A stretch of 60,695 bases of DNA, the filler included. It is 3 parts of 3 records of this genome, joined end to end, with 100 filler letters (N's around TTAATTAATTAA, not from the genome) between each part and the next. Parts side by side here need not be neighbours in the genome. Positions count along the whole stretch, not along the records: positions 28,935 to 44,603 come from SRR2962707_2251; 2 more parts are not named here. One strand, given 5' to 3'. Below, piece by piece: positions 29,659-40,729 of this stretch (positions within the stretch are counted from its first letter, which is position 1; each line of letters starts with the position of its first letter). A model generated the notes under the pieces. That model had not been told where the DNA came from, ran no database searches, and saw nothing but the letters and a program-made list of their open reading frames with translations. The translations under genes and the position numbers were made by a program.

Positions 29659-32334
29659 GTGAAATCCTTTAAAGAAGGCTGTGCAGCCAACGACGAGTTC
29701 CAGACCGCGAACTCCAGTCTACAGAGCGGTGAGCTGGTGCGGGATCTTATGGAGCACCGGCTGAGGGTGCCATCTGTACCAGACGATACCCTGCCGAGGC
29801 CGAATCTGGATCGAATGATATGCCAGGCCTTGCAAGCCGGTAGGCTGCTACAGCTAGAAGCACCCGGAGGTTACGGCAAGACTCACGCCCTGGTCAGTGC
29901 GCTGGCTAGTGCACCGGACGTGAATGTTTGCTGGATATCCCTGAACGCCGGGGACAACGCTCCCTCCCGTTTTCTTTCCATACTTGCGATGGCATTGGGA
30001 TTGGCAGAGGTACTACCGCCGAATGGTGGAACCTTTGAAGACCATTTGACGATGCTTCTGGTCAATCGGGATCGGCAGGCCCGCGAGGTCAGAGAAGTGC
30101 TGGTTCTGGATAATGTCCATCATCTTACCAACCCGGCAGTCAGCGGCTTATTGCACCAGTTGGTTACCCATCTGCCTTCGGGTCTTTCAGTTGCTATGGC
30201 TTCTCGGCTTCCGGTGCCCTTTGAGAGTCACACACTGGAATTGAATGGCAACTACACCAGGCTGGGGCCAGATCTCCTGGAGTTTTCACGGTCTGAAACC
30301 TTTGAGTTTTTTGCGAAAGCACGCTCCGACAGCCTGATTACCAGCGTCGCGATTGATCATTTATTCGGGCTGACTGAAGGTTGGCCAACGCCACTGGCAC
30401 TGTATCGGCGGGAGCTGAAACAGGGCGGGGAGCGTAGGGCCCTGCATGAAACCCCTTCGATAGAGCGTTTCCTGAAAGACTGTATTGCGGCCCAGCTGGG
30501 GCCCGCTCAGTTGAAATCAATGCGGGCAATTGCCGAGCTGGACAGCTGTTCGGATGAGTTGTTTTTCGCTATTGAGCCTTCCGTGTCAGAGTCGGGGATG
30601 CCACCGTCTGAGGCCGCTGACCGCGGGCTGCCCTTGAAGCCGGTCCCTGGCCGGGGCCGGTGGTATCGCCTGAACCCATTGCTACAGGCCTGGCTGCAAA
30701 CCCCGGTGATGGGGGGGTACATCACCCGAATGTTGATGGCCAGCCGATGGTTCGAGCAGCGCCAGCAATTCCCGGAAGCATTAAAGTATGCGGTCCTGGC
30801 CGGTGATAGCGATGAGGTAGTGCGCATTGCCTCCGAGAGTACCGAGGCGCTGTTACTGGGACAGGATACTGCCTCTTTGTTGAGCTTGAGAAAGAACCTG
30901 CCTTCCGAGTTGCTGGAGCGAAGCGCCCGGCTGCGTATTGTTTACGGCTGGGTACATGCCATTGGAGGTCAGTTCCAGCAGGCAAAGCAGCTTCTTGAAG
31001 GCTTCAATGACCGGGACCGGAACGAGCATGAGGCCCGCATCTACGCTTTGAAGGCGTTTATATTGCGCGGGGAGGGCTTTGTGCAGCCCGCGTTGGCCAT
31101 GGCTGACAAGGCGCTGGCGATGGGTAGTATGTCGACCCAGGCGCAGCTGGTGACTCAAATTGTTCGTTCGAGCGCGCTTTGTGCGGCCGGGTCTTTTCAG
31201 GAGGCGCGGGATGCCAATCGTGTTGCTTCCAAGCTGGCCCGCGAAGCTGGCGATTCGGGGTCCGAGGCCCTGGCGGTGTACGCCCACGCCCGCATTGAAC
31301 TGGGTAAGGGGGCACTGCGCCACGCGGAGCAACTTTTGCGAACCGGGCTGGATACGGCCATGCAGGAGCTCAGCCGGCCGGCAAGAATCGGGGAAACCCG
31401 CCTGCAACTGAATCTGGTCCTGGTACTCTGGCATCAGGGCCGTCTGACGGAAGCCGATCGACTGCTGGTCAACTGTGCCCGTCATGCCGAACAGACCCGT
31501 GATCTTGGGTTGCTGCTCGCCATGGCGCTGAGGGTGCTGATGTGTCGCGCCCAGGGGCGGATGGATGATGCCTTCGTCTGGGTGGGTCGGGCAGAGCGCA
31601 CCATGCATACCTGGCAGGTGGATGAGAGCCTGTACGTACCGGTGCTGGAAGCGTTAAAAGCCAGCTGTTGGCTGGCCCAAGGTCAACACGACAGTGCGAC
31701 ACAGGCGATCGCAAAACTGGAACCTTACCGTAAAGGTGGATGTGTACCAGAGCTTTTCCCGATGATGCCAGGCCTGCTGGATTGCTTGCAGGTGCGGGCT
31801 GATATGGCCAATGGCGACCTGGTGAGAGCCCGGGAACATCTGGATGCTGTCTCTGAGAAATACGAGGGCAGCATGCCCTGGGGGCTTCAGCTGCATGCAG
31901 GTTTGCTGGATGCTGTTCTGCTGGAAGCCGAGAAAGGCCTTCCTGCCGCTCGGAAGAGGCTGGAGAGTGTTGTCGCCCAGGCGAGCCGGGAGCACTTTAT
32001 TAGCCCGTTCGCAGAACTGATGAAAGAGCTCGGGCCGCTGATGGACAAATGCTATCGCCATCTGGATAACGGGCCCTTTACCGCAGCGCTTGGGCAGCTG
32101 TTTGGTTGTGAGCCAGTGGTAACGGCGACAGATCCCCTGGCCGAACCCATCAGCGATCGGGAGCAGGGCGTTCTGGAATTGATCGCCCAGGGGCTATCAA
32201 ACCAGGAAATCGCCGACAAATTGCACATTTCGTTGCATACCGTGAAAACTCACGCCAGAAGGATCAACGCCAAGCTGGATGTGAAATCACGGACGCAGGC
32301 AATCGTCCGGGCCCGGGAGCTGGGGCTGCTGTAA
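29659..32334 (+). CDS. MalT-like (LAL/STAND) ATP-dependent LuxR regulator
   Basis: Walker [14 protein letters not shown] motif, TPR-like middle region, C-terminal LuxR HTH ([21 protein letters not shown]). Confidence 0.92.
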   Translation: MKSFKEGCAANDEFQTANSSLQSGELVRDLMEHRLRVPSVPDDTLPRPNLDRMICQALQAGRLLQLEAPGGYGKTHALVSALASAPDVNVCWISLNAGDNAPSRFLSILAMALGLAEVLPPNGGTFEDHLTMLLVNRDRQAREVREVLVLDNVHHLTNPAVSGLLHQLVTHLPSGLSVAMASRLPVPFESHTLELNGNYTRLGPDLLEFSRSETFEFFAKARSDSLITSVAIDHLFGLTEGWPTPLALYRRELKQGGERRALHETPSIERFLKDCIAAQLGPAQLKSMRAIAELDSCSDELFFAIEPSVSESGMPPSEAADRGLPLKPVPGRGRWYRLNPLLQAWLQTPVMGGYITRMLMASRWFEQRQQFPEALKYAVLAGDSDEVVRIASESTEALLLGQDTASLLSLRKNLPSELLERSARLRIVYGWVHAIGGQFQQAKQLLEGFNDRDRNEHEARIYALKAFILRGEGFVQPALAMADKALAMGSMSTQAQLVTQIVRSSALCAAGSFQEARDANRVASKLAREAGDSGSEALAVYAHARIELGKGALRHAEQLLRTGLDTAMQELSRPARIGETRLQLNLVLVLWHQGRLTEADRLLVNCARHAEQTRDLGLLLAMALRVLMCRAQGRMDDAFVWVGRAERTMHTWQVDESLYVPVLEALKASCWLAQGQHDSATQAIAKLEPYRKGGCVPELFPMMPGLLDCLQVRADMANGDLVRAREHLDAVSEKYEGSMPWGLQLHAGLLDAVLLEAEKGLPAARKRLESVVAQASREHFISPFAELMKELGPLMDKCYRHLDNGPFTAALGQLFGCEPVVTATDPLAEPISDREQGVLELIAQGLSNQEIADKLHISLHTVKTHARRINAKLDVKSRTQAIVRARELGLL

Positions 32335-32360
32335 TACCGCAGCCCCGCGTGGGTTATTCG

Positions 32361-33260
32361 TTAGCTGTTCTCGGCCAACAGTGTTTCAATTCGCTGGTCT
32401 TTCTCCGCCCAGATCTCACTTACCCATCGCTGGAAGTCGACCCTGACCTCCCGGTTGTTTTCGTAATCCATTCCAAGAAAACGCTCCGGCACTTCGCGGG
32501 TGTGAATATCAATCACGATCTTGCGCACCCGTCCGCACAGGTAGTCCCAGATGCCGGGTCGACCACCGGGATACACGATAGTGACATCCAGCATGGTATG
32601 AATCATCTCGCCCATGGCGCCAAACACAAAGGCCGTGCCGCCCGCTCTGGGTTTCAGCAGATGCTTGTAGGGTGAGTTCTGGCGCTGGTGTTTTTCCTGA
32701 GTGAAACGGGTGCCTTCCATAAAATTGAAAATGGTCACTGGTGTGTACCGGAATTTTTCACAGGCGGCCTTTGTCGCTTCAATGTCCTTGCCTTTCAGTT
32801 CCGGGCGTTTGGCGATCTGTTCCTTGGTATGTCTGTGCATAAACGGGAAATCCAGAGCCCACCAGGCCACCCCTAATAAAGGCACCCAGATCAGCTGCTT
32901 TTTCAGGAAGAACTTCAGCAGCGGGATTTTGCTGTTCAGTACATACTGAATAGCGGGGATGTCAGCCCAGCTCTGATGGTTGCAGGTGACAAAATACCAG
33001 TGCTCCTTGCTGAGTTCTTCCGCACCGCGGACATCCCATTCCACCCGGTGGAGCAGATTCATCAGGGTGTTGTTGAAGCCGATCCAGTACCAGGCAATGG
33101 CATTCAGCACGATAGTGCACGCCTTACGAAACGGAAGGACTGGAACAATGAGTTTGGCCAGTGCTACCAGCAACAGTAGCGGAAGGAACAACAGGGTGTT
33201 GGTCAGTATCAACAGCACCGCAAGGATGCCTTTTAGCGGCGCGGGCAAGAAATCAAGCAT
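32361..33260 (-). CDS. YihG-like lysophospholipid acyltransferase (PlsC family)
   Basis: NHQSWAD (HX4D), FFLKKQLIWVP, FMEGTRF. Confidence 0.9.
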   Translation of the reverse strand: MLDFLPAPLKGILAVLLILTNTLLFLPLLLLVALAKLIVPVLPFRKACTIVLNAIAWYWIGFNNTLMNLLHRVEWDVRGAEELSKEHWYFVTCNHQSWADIPAIQYVLNSKIPLLKFFLKKQLIWVPLLGVAWWALDFPFMHRHTKEQIAKRPELKGKDIEATKAACEKFRYTPVTIFNFMEGTRFTQEKHQRQNSPYKHLLKPRAGGTAFVFGAMGEMIHTMLDVTIVYPGGRPGIWDYLCGRVRKIVIDIHTREVPERFLGMDYENNREVRVDFQRWVSEIWAEKDQRIETLLAENS

Positions 33261-33291
33261 CGGAGAATCTCGAATCTGTCAGGTTCAGGGA

Positions 33292-34224
33292 TTAGCCTTC
33301 AAACGGGCTTACTTGGCCACCGGATCCGCCGGGCAGGAGGGTCGTGTCCGGAATGGCGGATGCCAGCCGTTCAAACTGCGCAGGGGTCCGGTCACCCAGC
33401 AGGGTTCTGAACTCCTCGTCGTAGAACTCCAGATTGTTGTAACGGATCATGGCGCGAATCTCTTTTATATACTCTTCCCCACGCTCGGAATAGCCAAGCA
33501 GGCCTTCTGCAAGCTCCCACCCAGACAGGGGTTTCTGGGCTTTGCGATCAGCGAGCCGAATATCCCGAACCGTTTGGTAGGTGGGATGACGGTTCAGGTT
33601 CTGAATGTAGGAGCGTACGGAGTAATAAGGTGACGGGAATTTTGCCACTTCGTGATTGGCACCCTCGATTCGACTCTGCGGAACCAGCCCGCAGCCCCGG
33701 GAGAAACACCATTGACCAAAGAGATTGTTACCTTCGGTCGCAAACCGGGAGGTCCCCCAGGCGGATTCATTCGCTGCCTGAGCCAGGATCAGAGACGGAG
33801 GAATGACATCGAGGCGTTTCCGAAGCAGGGCGAACTGCTGGTCAGTTCCGGCTTCAGCCTTAATGCGCAGTCGGTCTCCCTGGCTTGTTAGCCATGCGAG
33901 TTCATCTTTAGTCAGGGTTTCCTTTCCCTCAAGCGTGGCAAGGTATTCCCGCTCCAGCAGGATACGGGAATTGGCAAGCACTATCCTGGGATAGAGGAAA
34001 GAGAAGAACGCGACTTTCTTTTCAGTGGTGTCCTGATAGCTTGAGAAGTCCGGAAGACCCTCATTCGCCCAATTTGGAAGCGGGGGCAGAGAAGACAGGG
34101 TAACTTCGCCTTCCCCTTCTCCTGGCAGGGTGTTCTGACTTGCGGTCGGTGTGTAGATGGCGCCCGCAACAGCAAACGCAAACAACGGCATCAACAGCAT
34201 CAGTGCCCGGTTAACTGCAGTCAT
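33292..34224 (-). CDS. Bax-like glucosaminidase-domain (GH73-like) protein
   Basis: IPPSLILAQAANESAWGTSRFA..GNNLFGQWC, YIQNLN.H, LLGYSERG. Confidence 0.88.
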   Translation of the reverse strand: MTAVNRALMLLMPLFAFAVAGAIYTPTASQNTLPGEGEGEVTLSSLPPLPNWANEGLPDFSSYQDTTEKKVAFFSFLYPRIVLANSRILLEREYLATLEGKETLTKDELAWLTSQGDRLRIKAEAGTDQQFALLRKRLDVIPPSLILAQAANESAWGTSRFATEGNNLFGQWCFSRGCGLVPQSRIEGANHEVAKFPSPYYSVRSYIQNLNRHPTYQTVRDIRLADRKAQKPLSGWELAEGLLGYSERGEEYIKEIRAMIRYNNLEFYDEEFRTLLGDRTPAQFERLASAIPDTTLLPGGSGGQVSPFEG

Positions 34225-34293
34225 AAACCCCTCGTTACTATCGATATGGCAGGAATTATAACAGGTTATACGGGGCTGTCCGCGGTTCAGGTT

Positions 34294-36525
34294 TTAAGGC
34301 GCAGAGGATTCCTCAACAAGCGTTGCGAGCAATAGCCCGGTTTTCATTTCCGGGCCGGAATCGTCGCTGATAACCAGGAAGATCTGGTTGCCGGCCGTGG
34401 TATAGAAGCCGCGCATCTCGTATTCTCCGGCGCTGGTAATCGAAATGCCCCCTTCCAATGTTGTTGTGAAGCTGCCATTAAACTGCATCGGCAGTTCTTC
34501 AGGGGCCACCACCTCGTTGTCTTCGATAAGGTGGTTCACCATCATGGTTGTGCCCTCAAAGCTGGCAGAACTGTTCACCAGGGTCAGCTGCGCATTGTTC
34601 ACGTGGTAGAGCCGGTTTTGCTCCTGGGTCACGCCAACGATGGCGCCCTGTAACCGGTAGGTGCCTTCTGTCAGTGCTCCGTCTGTGAGTGTTTTTCCTG
34701 CCACCAGGAGGCCACTGCCCAACGTGCCATCATTGAGGTTAAAGGCCATCAGATCCTGATTTGGGGTTGCCGCGCCCAGGCCCATGTCGGGGATGCCAAA
34801 GTTGGGGTCGTTGAAGTTCGTTCGTTCGTCGATCTCGTTGCGGAACAACCCCAGCCGCCCCATATAAATATCGCCCGAGCTCAGGCGGGAACGCCGGTTA
34901 ATCAGATTCCAGGTGTCGTTGCTGGTATCGGGTGTGGCCACGCCACCGGAGGCATCGCGGGCCAGGGTGAACTGGTCCACATTGGCGGTGCCGTTCAGAG
35001 TCTGACCGTTCGCTGAGCCGAATGCCCATTGACCATGTCCGGTTTCGAATGTTGCAGGCGCCCCGTCGGCGAAGCGGGTGGCGAGGTAAGCTACGTTATA
35101 GGCCTGTCCGGCCATATCGGAGATCTGGAATGCCTCCGCACGTTGGAGGTGTAGCTCGAATACGCTCAGGTAGTGGTTTTCGAGAGTGTTCCGGCGTTTG
35201 AGCTTGCCGTTATCATCTTCCAGCGCGATCGCTTTGCCGCCGATGAAATAGTTGGTCAGTACCCGGTCTGGCCCGCTCTGGTCATTCACCGGTTCGGAAG
35301 TAAAGGCATCCAGATAGTACGGGTTTCTGGTCCAGCCATTGATCAGGCTGCTGTTTCGTTTGGTGATGGTTTGGTACAGGGCTCTTCCCGCCAGCAAGCG
35401 GGCCGGTGTTTCGGTGGTCAGTGTGGCAGCGCCCGGGGCGCTGGAATGGCTGTTTCGTTCCCAGGTTTCGGTCCCGCGCTCAAAAAAGAGCTGCTCTGGA
35501 ATACCGGAATTGTTCCGCTCGAAAAAACCGTGAATCTGCGTTTGGCGATCGTAAGGTATGTCCGTGGCCAGAGACGTGATATTCAGGTTGAAGGCATCGA
35601 ACGACGTGAGCGTCAGTGCGGGATACAAAAAGGCGCGGTTGTCCTCGGTCAGCCGTTCTACCTGAGCCATGCGTACGCCCCACTGGCCGGCTCCCGCTAC
35701 ATTGGATTCGCGAAACGTCTGGCCCAACTCCAGACCGAGGAATACGGAGTTGTAATCCGCCGCACTGGCGGAAATCCGGTCTGAGGATGCCTGGCCGAGC
35801 AGCGCGTAGTCCGCCATATCTGCTACATAGCTGGCAAAATCACCCCTGTCAGCCAGGGTAGAGGTCGCTTGGTTAACGTTAGCGTTCTCCGGAATATCGA
35901 TCTCAAAATCGTGTACCTGGTCGGCCAGAGTTCCCCATACATACTTGTTCAGGCACGACGCGTTATCCACACAGTCCAACACGGTCTGAAAATCATTGGT
36001 GGAGTACCGGCGCCAGAGCACCTCGGTAACCAGGTAATGGGAAAAGGGGTTCACCTTTACATCCCGGTCGGCGTCTGCTGCCAGAGCGGTCATCGTGGCG
36101 GTGCCATAACGGGCCTCAATGATCACATCCGGACCAACGGGAACGCCATTATCAAAGGTCAGAATAAAGTGGCCGTCCGTCCCTTTTTCAGTGGAGTAAC
36201 GAACATCATCAAAGGTTTGTGCGCTGGTGTTGGTGCGGTAAACCCGAACCTGATCGGGAATCACAATACGAAGGTTACGCCGTGTTTGCTCGCCCTCAGG
36301 TGCCAGATTAACGGGTAATTCCATGGTAACCCGTACCTGATTTGGCTTCAGGCCCCGGGCGTTGCTGGAATCCCCGGTACTGCCGGAACTAAAATCATCC
36401 AATGCGTTCTGAGTGTTGCCAAACCGGTTGGGGATGTCTTTGGCGCCGTCAATCGCACTATCTCCGCCCCCACAGGCGGAAAGCAACAAGGAAGTAGCCA
36501 ATATGGAAGGGATTGTCAGTCTCAT
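34294..36525 (-). CDS. Large hypothetical lipoprotein
   Basis: Lipobox LLLSAC followed by GGG; 743 aa, rich in beta-strand residues, Gly, Asp and Asn; no recognised domain. Confidence 0.8.
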   Translation of the reverse strand: MRLTIPSILATSLLLSACGGGDSAIDGAKDIPNRFGNTQNALDDFSSGSTGDSSNARGLKPNQVRVTMELPVNLAPEGEQTRRNLRIVIPDQVRVYRTNTSAQTFDDVRYSTEKGTDGHFILTFDNGVPVGPDVIIEARYGTATMTALAADADRDVKVNPFSHYLVTEVLWRRYSTNDFQTVLDCVDNASCLNKYVWGTLADQVHDFEIDIPENANVNQATSTLADRGDFASYVADMADYALLGQASSDRISASAADYNSVFLGLELGQTFRESNVAGAGQWGVRMAQVERLTEDNRAFLYPALTLTSFDAFNLNITSLATDIPYDRQTQIHGFFERNNSGIPEQLFFERGTETWERNSHSSAPGAATLTTETPARLLAGRALYQTITKRNSSLINGWTRNPYYLDAFTSEPVNDQSGPDRVLTNYFIGGKAIALEDDNGKLKRRNTLENHYLSVFELHLQRAEAFQISDMAGQAYNVAYLATRFADGAPATFETGHGQWAFGSANGQTLNGTANVDQFTLARDASGGVATPDTSNDTWNLINRRSRLSSGDIYMGRLGLFRNEIDERTNFNDPNFGIPDMGLGAATPNQDLMAFNLNDGTLGSGLLVAGKTLTDGALTEGTYRLQGAIVGVTQEQNRLYHVNNAQLTLVNSSASFEGTTMMVNHLIEDNEVVAPEELPMQFNGSFTTTLEGGISITSAGEYEMRGFYTTAGNQIFLVISDDSGPEMKTGLLLATLVEESSAP

Positions 36526-36602
36526 GAAAGCGCAGTCCGGTTTGCAAATGTCCGGACAGACTAGCAGTAATCAGGAGGGCAGGGCGTGAATGGCTGCACG
36601 AA

Positions 36603-36633
36603 TCGGTCACCCGGCAAGGCGCCGGGTAACCGA
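36603..36633. terminator. GC-rich hairpin just downstream of yfaZ
   Basis: TCGGTCACCCGGC-AAGGC-GCCGGGTAACCGA; weak U tail. Confidence 0.5.
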
Positions 36634-36643
36634 GGCGAAGGGG

Positions 36644-37204
36644 TCAGAAGAAGATCTTGATACCGGCCAACACGCCCTCATCCAGATTCACATCTGGAGA
36701 ACCGGCAAAATCCAGTTCTGTATTCAGGTAACGGTAACCGGCAAACACTTCCGCATTACGGATGACACGGTAGCTGCCCCGAAGTTCTACGCTGGTCATG
36801 TCGTCGGAATCGCCGAACGACAGAATACTTGGAGCGTAGTGCAGGCTGCCGCCAAACGACAGACCGGGCACGGTCGGAATGTTCACCGTGGCGAAACCAC
36901 CAAGGCCGATGGCACCGCCATCAACATCGTCGTCATCCCAGCCTACGCCACGCATGCCGATGCCGGCAGTTGTTGGCAGGTTACCAAGGGCGGTGCGGCC
37001 CTGGGCGTGGAAATCGGCATTGATAATGTGGCGACTACCTTCATGGTAGGTGTATCCAGCACCCATTTGCAGCTCTTCCTGGCTGCCGAAGAAGTTAACC
37101 TGACCTTTGACCGAATCGTTGGTCAGACTCAGATCCAGGTCACTGGCCAGAACCGGAGCGGCGGCTAGAGAAAGTGCCAGTGCTGAGACGCGGGTAATCT
37201 TCAT
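36644..37204 (-). CDS. YfaZ-family outer membrane beta-barrel
   Basis: Signal peptide from MKITRV (37204), YAPSILSFGD, FAGYRY, C-terminal Phe. Confidence 0.82.
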   Translation of the reverse strand: MKITRVSALALSLAAAPVLASDLDLSLTNDSVKGQVNFFGSQEELQMGAGYTYHEGSRHIINADFHAQGRTALGNLPTTAGIGMRGVGWDDDDVDGGAIGLGGFATVNIPTVPGLSFGGSLHYAPSILSFGDSDDMTSVELRGSYRVIRNAEVFAGYRYLNTELDFAGSPDVNLDEGVLAGIKIFF

Positions 37205-37346
37205 GTGTACACCTTTTTTGCTGTCGTTATGAGAGCGTGGCCGGCGCAACTGCCGGTATATGCGATAGTTTCAACGTCAACGGATGTTAAACATCTGCCG
37301 GGTGGTTAACAACTTAAAAGCCCGTAAGTGGCTCGCAACCAACACG

Positions 37347-37535
37347 TTAGTGACGGGTAACTTCGCCGCCCTGGTCGAGATCATCGGGAGAGGCGTTTTC
37401 GGCGGGCACCCGATACTCCTCATTGGCCCAGGCACCCAGATCGATCAGTTTGCAGCGCTCAGAGCAGAAGGGGCGCCAGGGGTTGGCCTCGCTCCACTCC
37501 ACGGATTTCTTACAGGTGGGACACTCTACATTCAT
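37347..37535 (-). CDS. yacG: DNA gyrase inhibitor YacG
   Basis: CPTC...[17 protein letters not shown]. Confidence 0.95.
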   Translation of the reverse strand: MNVECPTCKKSVEWSEANPWRPFCSERCKLIDLGAWANEEYRVPAENASPDDLDQGGEVTRH

Positions 37536-37568
37536 GGCATGATTCCGGGCAGGTGACTTGCGGCTTCA

Positions 37569-39923
37569 TCAGGATGTTGCAGAAGCCTGACAATATTGTT
37601 CCAGCACTGCCCGTAGCATTTCAAGGTTGACAGGTTTGGCCACAAAGGAATCCATGCCTGCTTCGCGGCAACGTTCCTCATCTTCTTCCATGGCGCTGGC
37701 TGTCAGTGCCACAACCGGTACCCGGCTGCGACCATGGTTGGTTTCCCAGGCCCGGAGCTGGCGTGTTGCTTCGTAGCCGTCCATCCGGGGCATAACGCAG
37801 TCCATGAAAACCACATCAAACTGGTGCCATTGCCACAAAGAGGATGCGGCCTGCCCGTCGTTTGCCGTCATGACTTCGCAGCCCAGTTTTTCCAGCAATC
37901 GCCGGGTAAGGGTGCGGTTCACGGGATTGTCTTCCACCAGCAGCACCCGCATCCGACCGCAAGGGATTTCCCGCTGGCGACTTCCGGCATCCGCCATGGT
38001 CTTCAGAGAAAAGCGGGTAAGAAACCGGCGTTCCTGTTGAGTGTCATGGGTAAACAGCTGGTTCAGGATCGGAATCAGGTAGGATTCCCGGAGAGACTTG
38101 CTCAGGAAGGCATCAGCACCGGCCTGGCGAAAATGCTCGGCGTCCCCTCGCTGGGGGTTGGAGGACAGGATCAGAAGCCTCATTTCGGTCCATTGCGGGT
38201 TGCTCCGTACCTGGCGGCACAGTAAATCCGCATCCATGTCGGGCACGAAGCCGTCCAGAATTGTAGCGTCGTAGGGTATGCCTGCATCAAAGGCTTGTCG
38301 CAGGGCGGTCAGTGCTTCCCCGGCTGACCGGACGGCATCAATATGAACATCGTAGCGGGATAGCATCTCCAGGGTAATCTTGCGTGACAGCTCGTAGGAA
38401 TCAACGACCAGTACCCGTCGGCCCTGGACCTGCCTTGAATCCGGCCGCACCTTGGCAGAGCCGTCGGTTGCTTCCTGAAGTGACAGTTCCACCCAGAAGG
38501 TAGAGCCCTCGCCGGGCCGGCTCTCCAGATCCATCGAGCCGCCCATCAAATCGACCAGTTGACGGCAGATGGTGAGCCCAAGCCCCGCACCAGGTAACTG
38601 ACGCTGGAAGCGCTGACCAAGTTGAACATAGGGCTCGTAGACCAGAGGTATGTCCTCCGGATTTATACCAACCCCGGTGTCCTCAACCGCCAACCGTAGG
38701 CGCACTTTGCCTTCTTTTCTGCCAAGAACCTCAATGCTGATAAGCACATGGCCGGAATCCGTGAATTTGATGGCATTGGATAACAGGTTCAGCAACACCT
38801 GTCGAATACGTACCGGGTCTCCCGTCAGCGCCCAGGGCAGGTTTTCATCCACCCGTACTTCCAGGGCCAGACCTTTTTCCCGGGCCCTGGAGCCAAGCAT
38901 ATGAATCAGGTCGTTCAGGGTTTCGCGCAGGTCAAAAGGAATAGCCTCAAGCTCCAGCTTGCCGGCTTCCATGCTGGAGATATCCAGCAGGTCATTGATG
39001 ATGGAAGACAGGCTTTCCGAGGCATTGAGCAGGGTATTCACATACTCCCGTTGCTCCTGGTCCAGAGGCGTGTCGGTCAGCAAATTGGCGTAACCGAGGA
39101 CAGACTGAAGCGGAATACGCAGCTCGTGACTGACATTGGCCAGAAACTGATTCTTGGCGTGATTGGCCCGGATGGCTTCGTCCCGTTCACCCTGGGTCTG
39201 GATGGTGGTCTGCCTTAAGGAACGGGTGTCCTCAAGAATCTGCAACCGCATCTTGTTCAATGCCTGCTCCAGTTCGGAAAGCTCATCGGGCCGGGAAGGG
39301 TTGCGCCGGCGCAGTTTGAGAGGCTCAACAAGTGCATCCAGATTCAGCTTGGCCGCATAGTCCGCCATGGTCTCCAGGTGTCGGGACAGTGCTACCCGTA
39401 CAATCAACAGCAATCCCAATGTGCCCAGCATCACCACAATGGACTGGAACAGGAGATTCAGCAGGGCGCGATCGAGGATATCCTGGTATACCTGTTCAAT
39501 AGACGAAACAATGGTCAGTTCCCCCACTCGTTGCGGACGGTCAAAACTGGAACGGTTGAATTCGAGGGGGAATGTCTGGGTAATTACCCGGCCTTCAGGG
39601 TAGGAGCCGGTACTGAATTCTTCGCCGGTGGTTGTGATCACCCGTGCATAGCCAATAAAAGGCATGGAACGCATGTCGTCCAGGCTATTGGCTACTTCGC
39701 TGAAATTCATCACCCACAGGTTGGTGCTCATGCCGCCGGCGATAAGGTCAGCGGCGCGCTCCTGACTGCTCTGCAATTCCGATTTCTGGCGTTCGAATTC
39801 GCCAATCATCTGAACACCCGTTGCCACCAGTGACAATATCAGGCTGTACAGCAGCACCCACCCAAGCAACCGCAGTGCCAGTGGGCGCAAACCCAAACGC
39901 TTGAAGAACTGGTTTGAAGGCAA
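37569..39923 (-). CDS. Hybrid sensor histidine kinase with two receiver domains
   Basis: Two TMs, HAMP, FLANVSHELRIPL, NLLSNAIKFT, DTGVGI, GAGLGL. REC1 is atypical; REC2 is canonical (VEDN, FMD, KP). Confidence 0.92.
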   Translation of the reverse strand: MPSNQFFKRLGLRPLALRLLGWVLLYSLILSLVATGVQMIGEFERQKSELQSSQERAADLIAGGMSTNLWVMNFSEVANSLDDMRSMPFIGYARVITTTGEEFSTGSYPEGRVITQTFPLEFNRSSFDRPQRVGELTIVSSIEQVYQDILDRALLNLLFQSIVVMLGTLGLLLIVRVALSRHLETMADYAAKLNLDALVEPLKLRRRNPSRPDELSELEQALNKMRLQILEDTRSLRQTTIQTQGERDEAIRANHAKNQFLANVSHELRIPLQSVLGYANLLTDTPLDQEQREYVNTLLNASESLSSIINDLLDISSMEAGKLELEAIPFDLRETLNDLIHMLGSRAREKGLALEVRVDENLPWALTGDPVRIRQVLLNLLSNAIKFTDSGHVLISIEVLGRKEGKVRLRLAVEDTGVGINPEDIPLVYEPYVQLGQRFQRQLPGAGLGLTICRQLVDLMGGSMDLESRPGEGSTFWVELSLQEATDGSAKVRPDSRQVQGRRVLVVDSYELSRKITLEMLSRYDVHIDAVRSAGEALTALRQAFDAGIPYDATILDGFVPDMDADLLCRQVRSNPQWTEMRLLILSSNPQRGDAEHFRQAGADAFLSKSLRESYLIPILNQLFTHDTQQERRFLTRFSLKTMADAGSRQREIPCGRMRVLLVEDNPVNRTLTRRLLEKLGCEVMTANDGQAASSLWQWHQFDVVFMDCVMPRMDGYEATRQLRAWETNHGRSRVPVVALTASAMEEDEERCREAGMDSFVAKPVNLEMLRAVLEQYCQASATS

Positions 39924-39967
39924 GGCACAAGTTCCCTGTGTCGACTACAAAATCACCAAGGTGCATC

Positions 39968-40729
39968 TTAACAGACGGATATCACTTCCACACGCATGAT
40001 TGAATCTTCGTTCACAAATCGAAACCGAACATTCTTGTCGAACAGGTTGGCTCCGTAGATTCGTTGTTCATCCCGTCCACGGCGGAATGACGGGCGCGGG
40101 TCGTAACTGACGACATCCTCAATCAGGGCGCGGAAATCCGGATAGTCGGCCTCCGGAAGCTGGCTTAGCTGGTCAGAGGCATCTGGTGCGAAGGTCACCT
40201 CCAATCTGTCGGTCGGCGCACTGTCTGCCCAGCCCAGTGATGCCTCCGGGACGGAGTCCGAAAACGGCAGGTAGGGCTTGATGTCGAGAATTGGTGTGCC
40301 CTCAATAAGATCATGATTACTGATCTTCAGGACCAGTTCGCCATTCTTGCGAGCGAGGCCTTCGTTCCTGACGACTGACAGGCCAAGACTGTTCGGGCGA
40401 AAAGGCGAACGGCTGGCAAACACACCGATTTTCTTGTTACCCCCAAGCCTCGGGGGCCGAACCACCGGGCGCCATTCGGCGCGAACGGCTTCATGAAACT
40501 GGAAGGTAAGCCAGATATGGCTCGCTGACTCAAGGCCCCGGAAAGCGTCTTCACGATCAAAGGGACTTTGTATAACCAGTTCCGCGTGGGCATGGCGGGT
40601 AAGGCCGGGTTGCCGGGGAACGCCGAACTTGTCCTGAAAGCAGGAACGAGTGATGGCAATCGGTGTGAGCGTCAGAGCTTCCTCGGCGGGCCGGCTTTTA
40701 TGCTGTGGTCTGCTCATTTCTGATGTCAT
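39968..40729 (-). CDS. tsaA: tRNA m6t6A37 methyltransferase TrmO/TsaA
   Basis: KFGVPRQPGL, VRPPRLGGN, GVFASRSPFRPN, GTPILDIKPY, DPRP. Confidence 0.93.
   Translation of the reverse strand: MTSEMSRPQHKSRPAEEALTLTPIAITRSCFQDKFGVPRQPGLTRHAHAELVIQSPFDREDAFRGLESASHIWLTFQFHEAVRAEWRPVVRPPRLGGNKKIGVFASRSPFRPNSLGLSVVRNEGLARKNGELVLKISNHDLIEGTPILDIKPYLPFSDSVPEASLGWADSAPTDRLEVTFAPDASDQLSQLPEADYPDFRALIEDVVSYDPRPSFRRGRDEQRIYGANLFDKNVRFRFVNEDSIMRVEVISVC

Noticed and set aside
30853..31608. Long antisense ORFs in the GC-rich contig (251 aa here; also 35173-35784, 36590-37168, 41107-41820)
   Set aside because: They lie opposite well-supported genes, show no motifs, and are expected at high GC.
20153..37535. 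gyrA and the gyrase inhibitor yacG in the same window
   Set aside because: They lie on different contigs, so there is no linkage.
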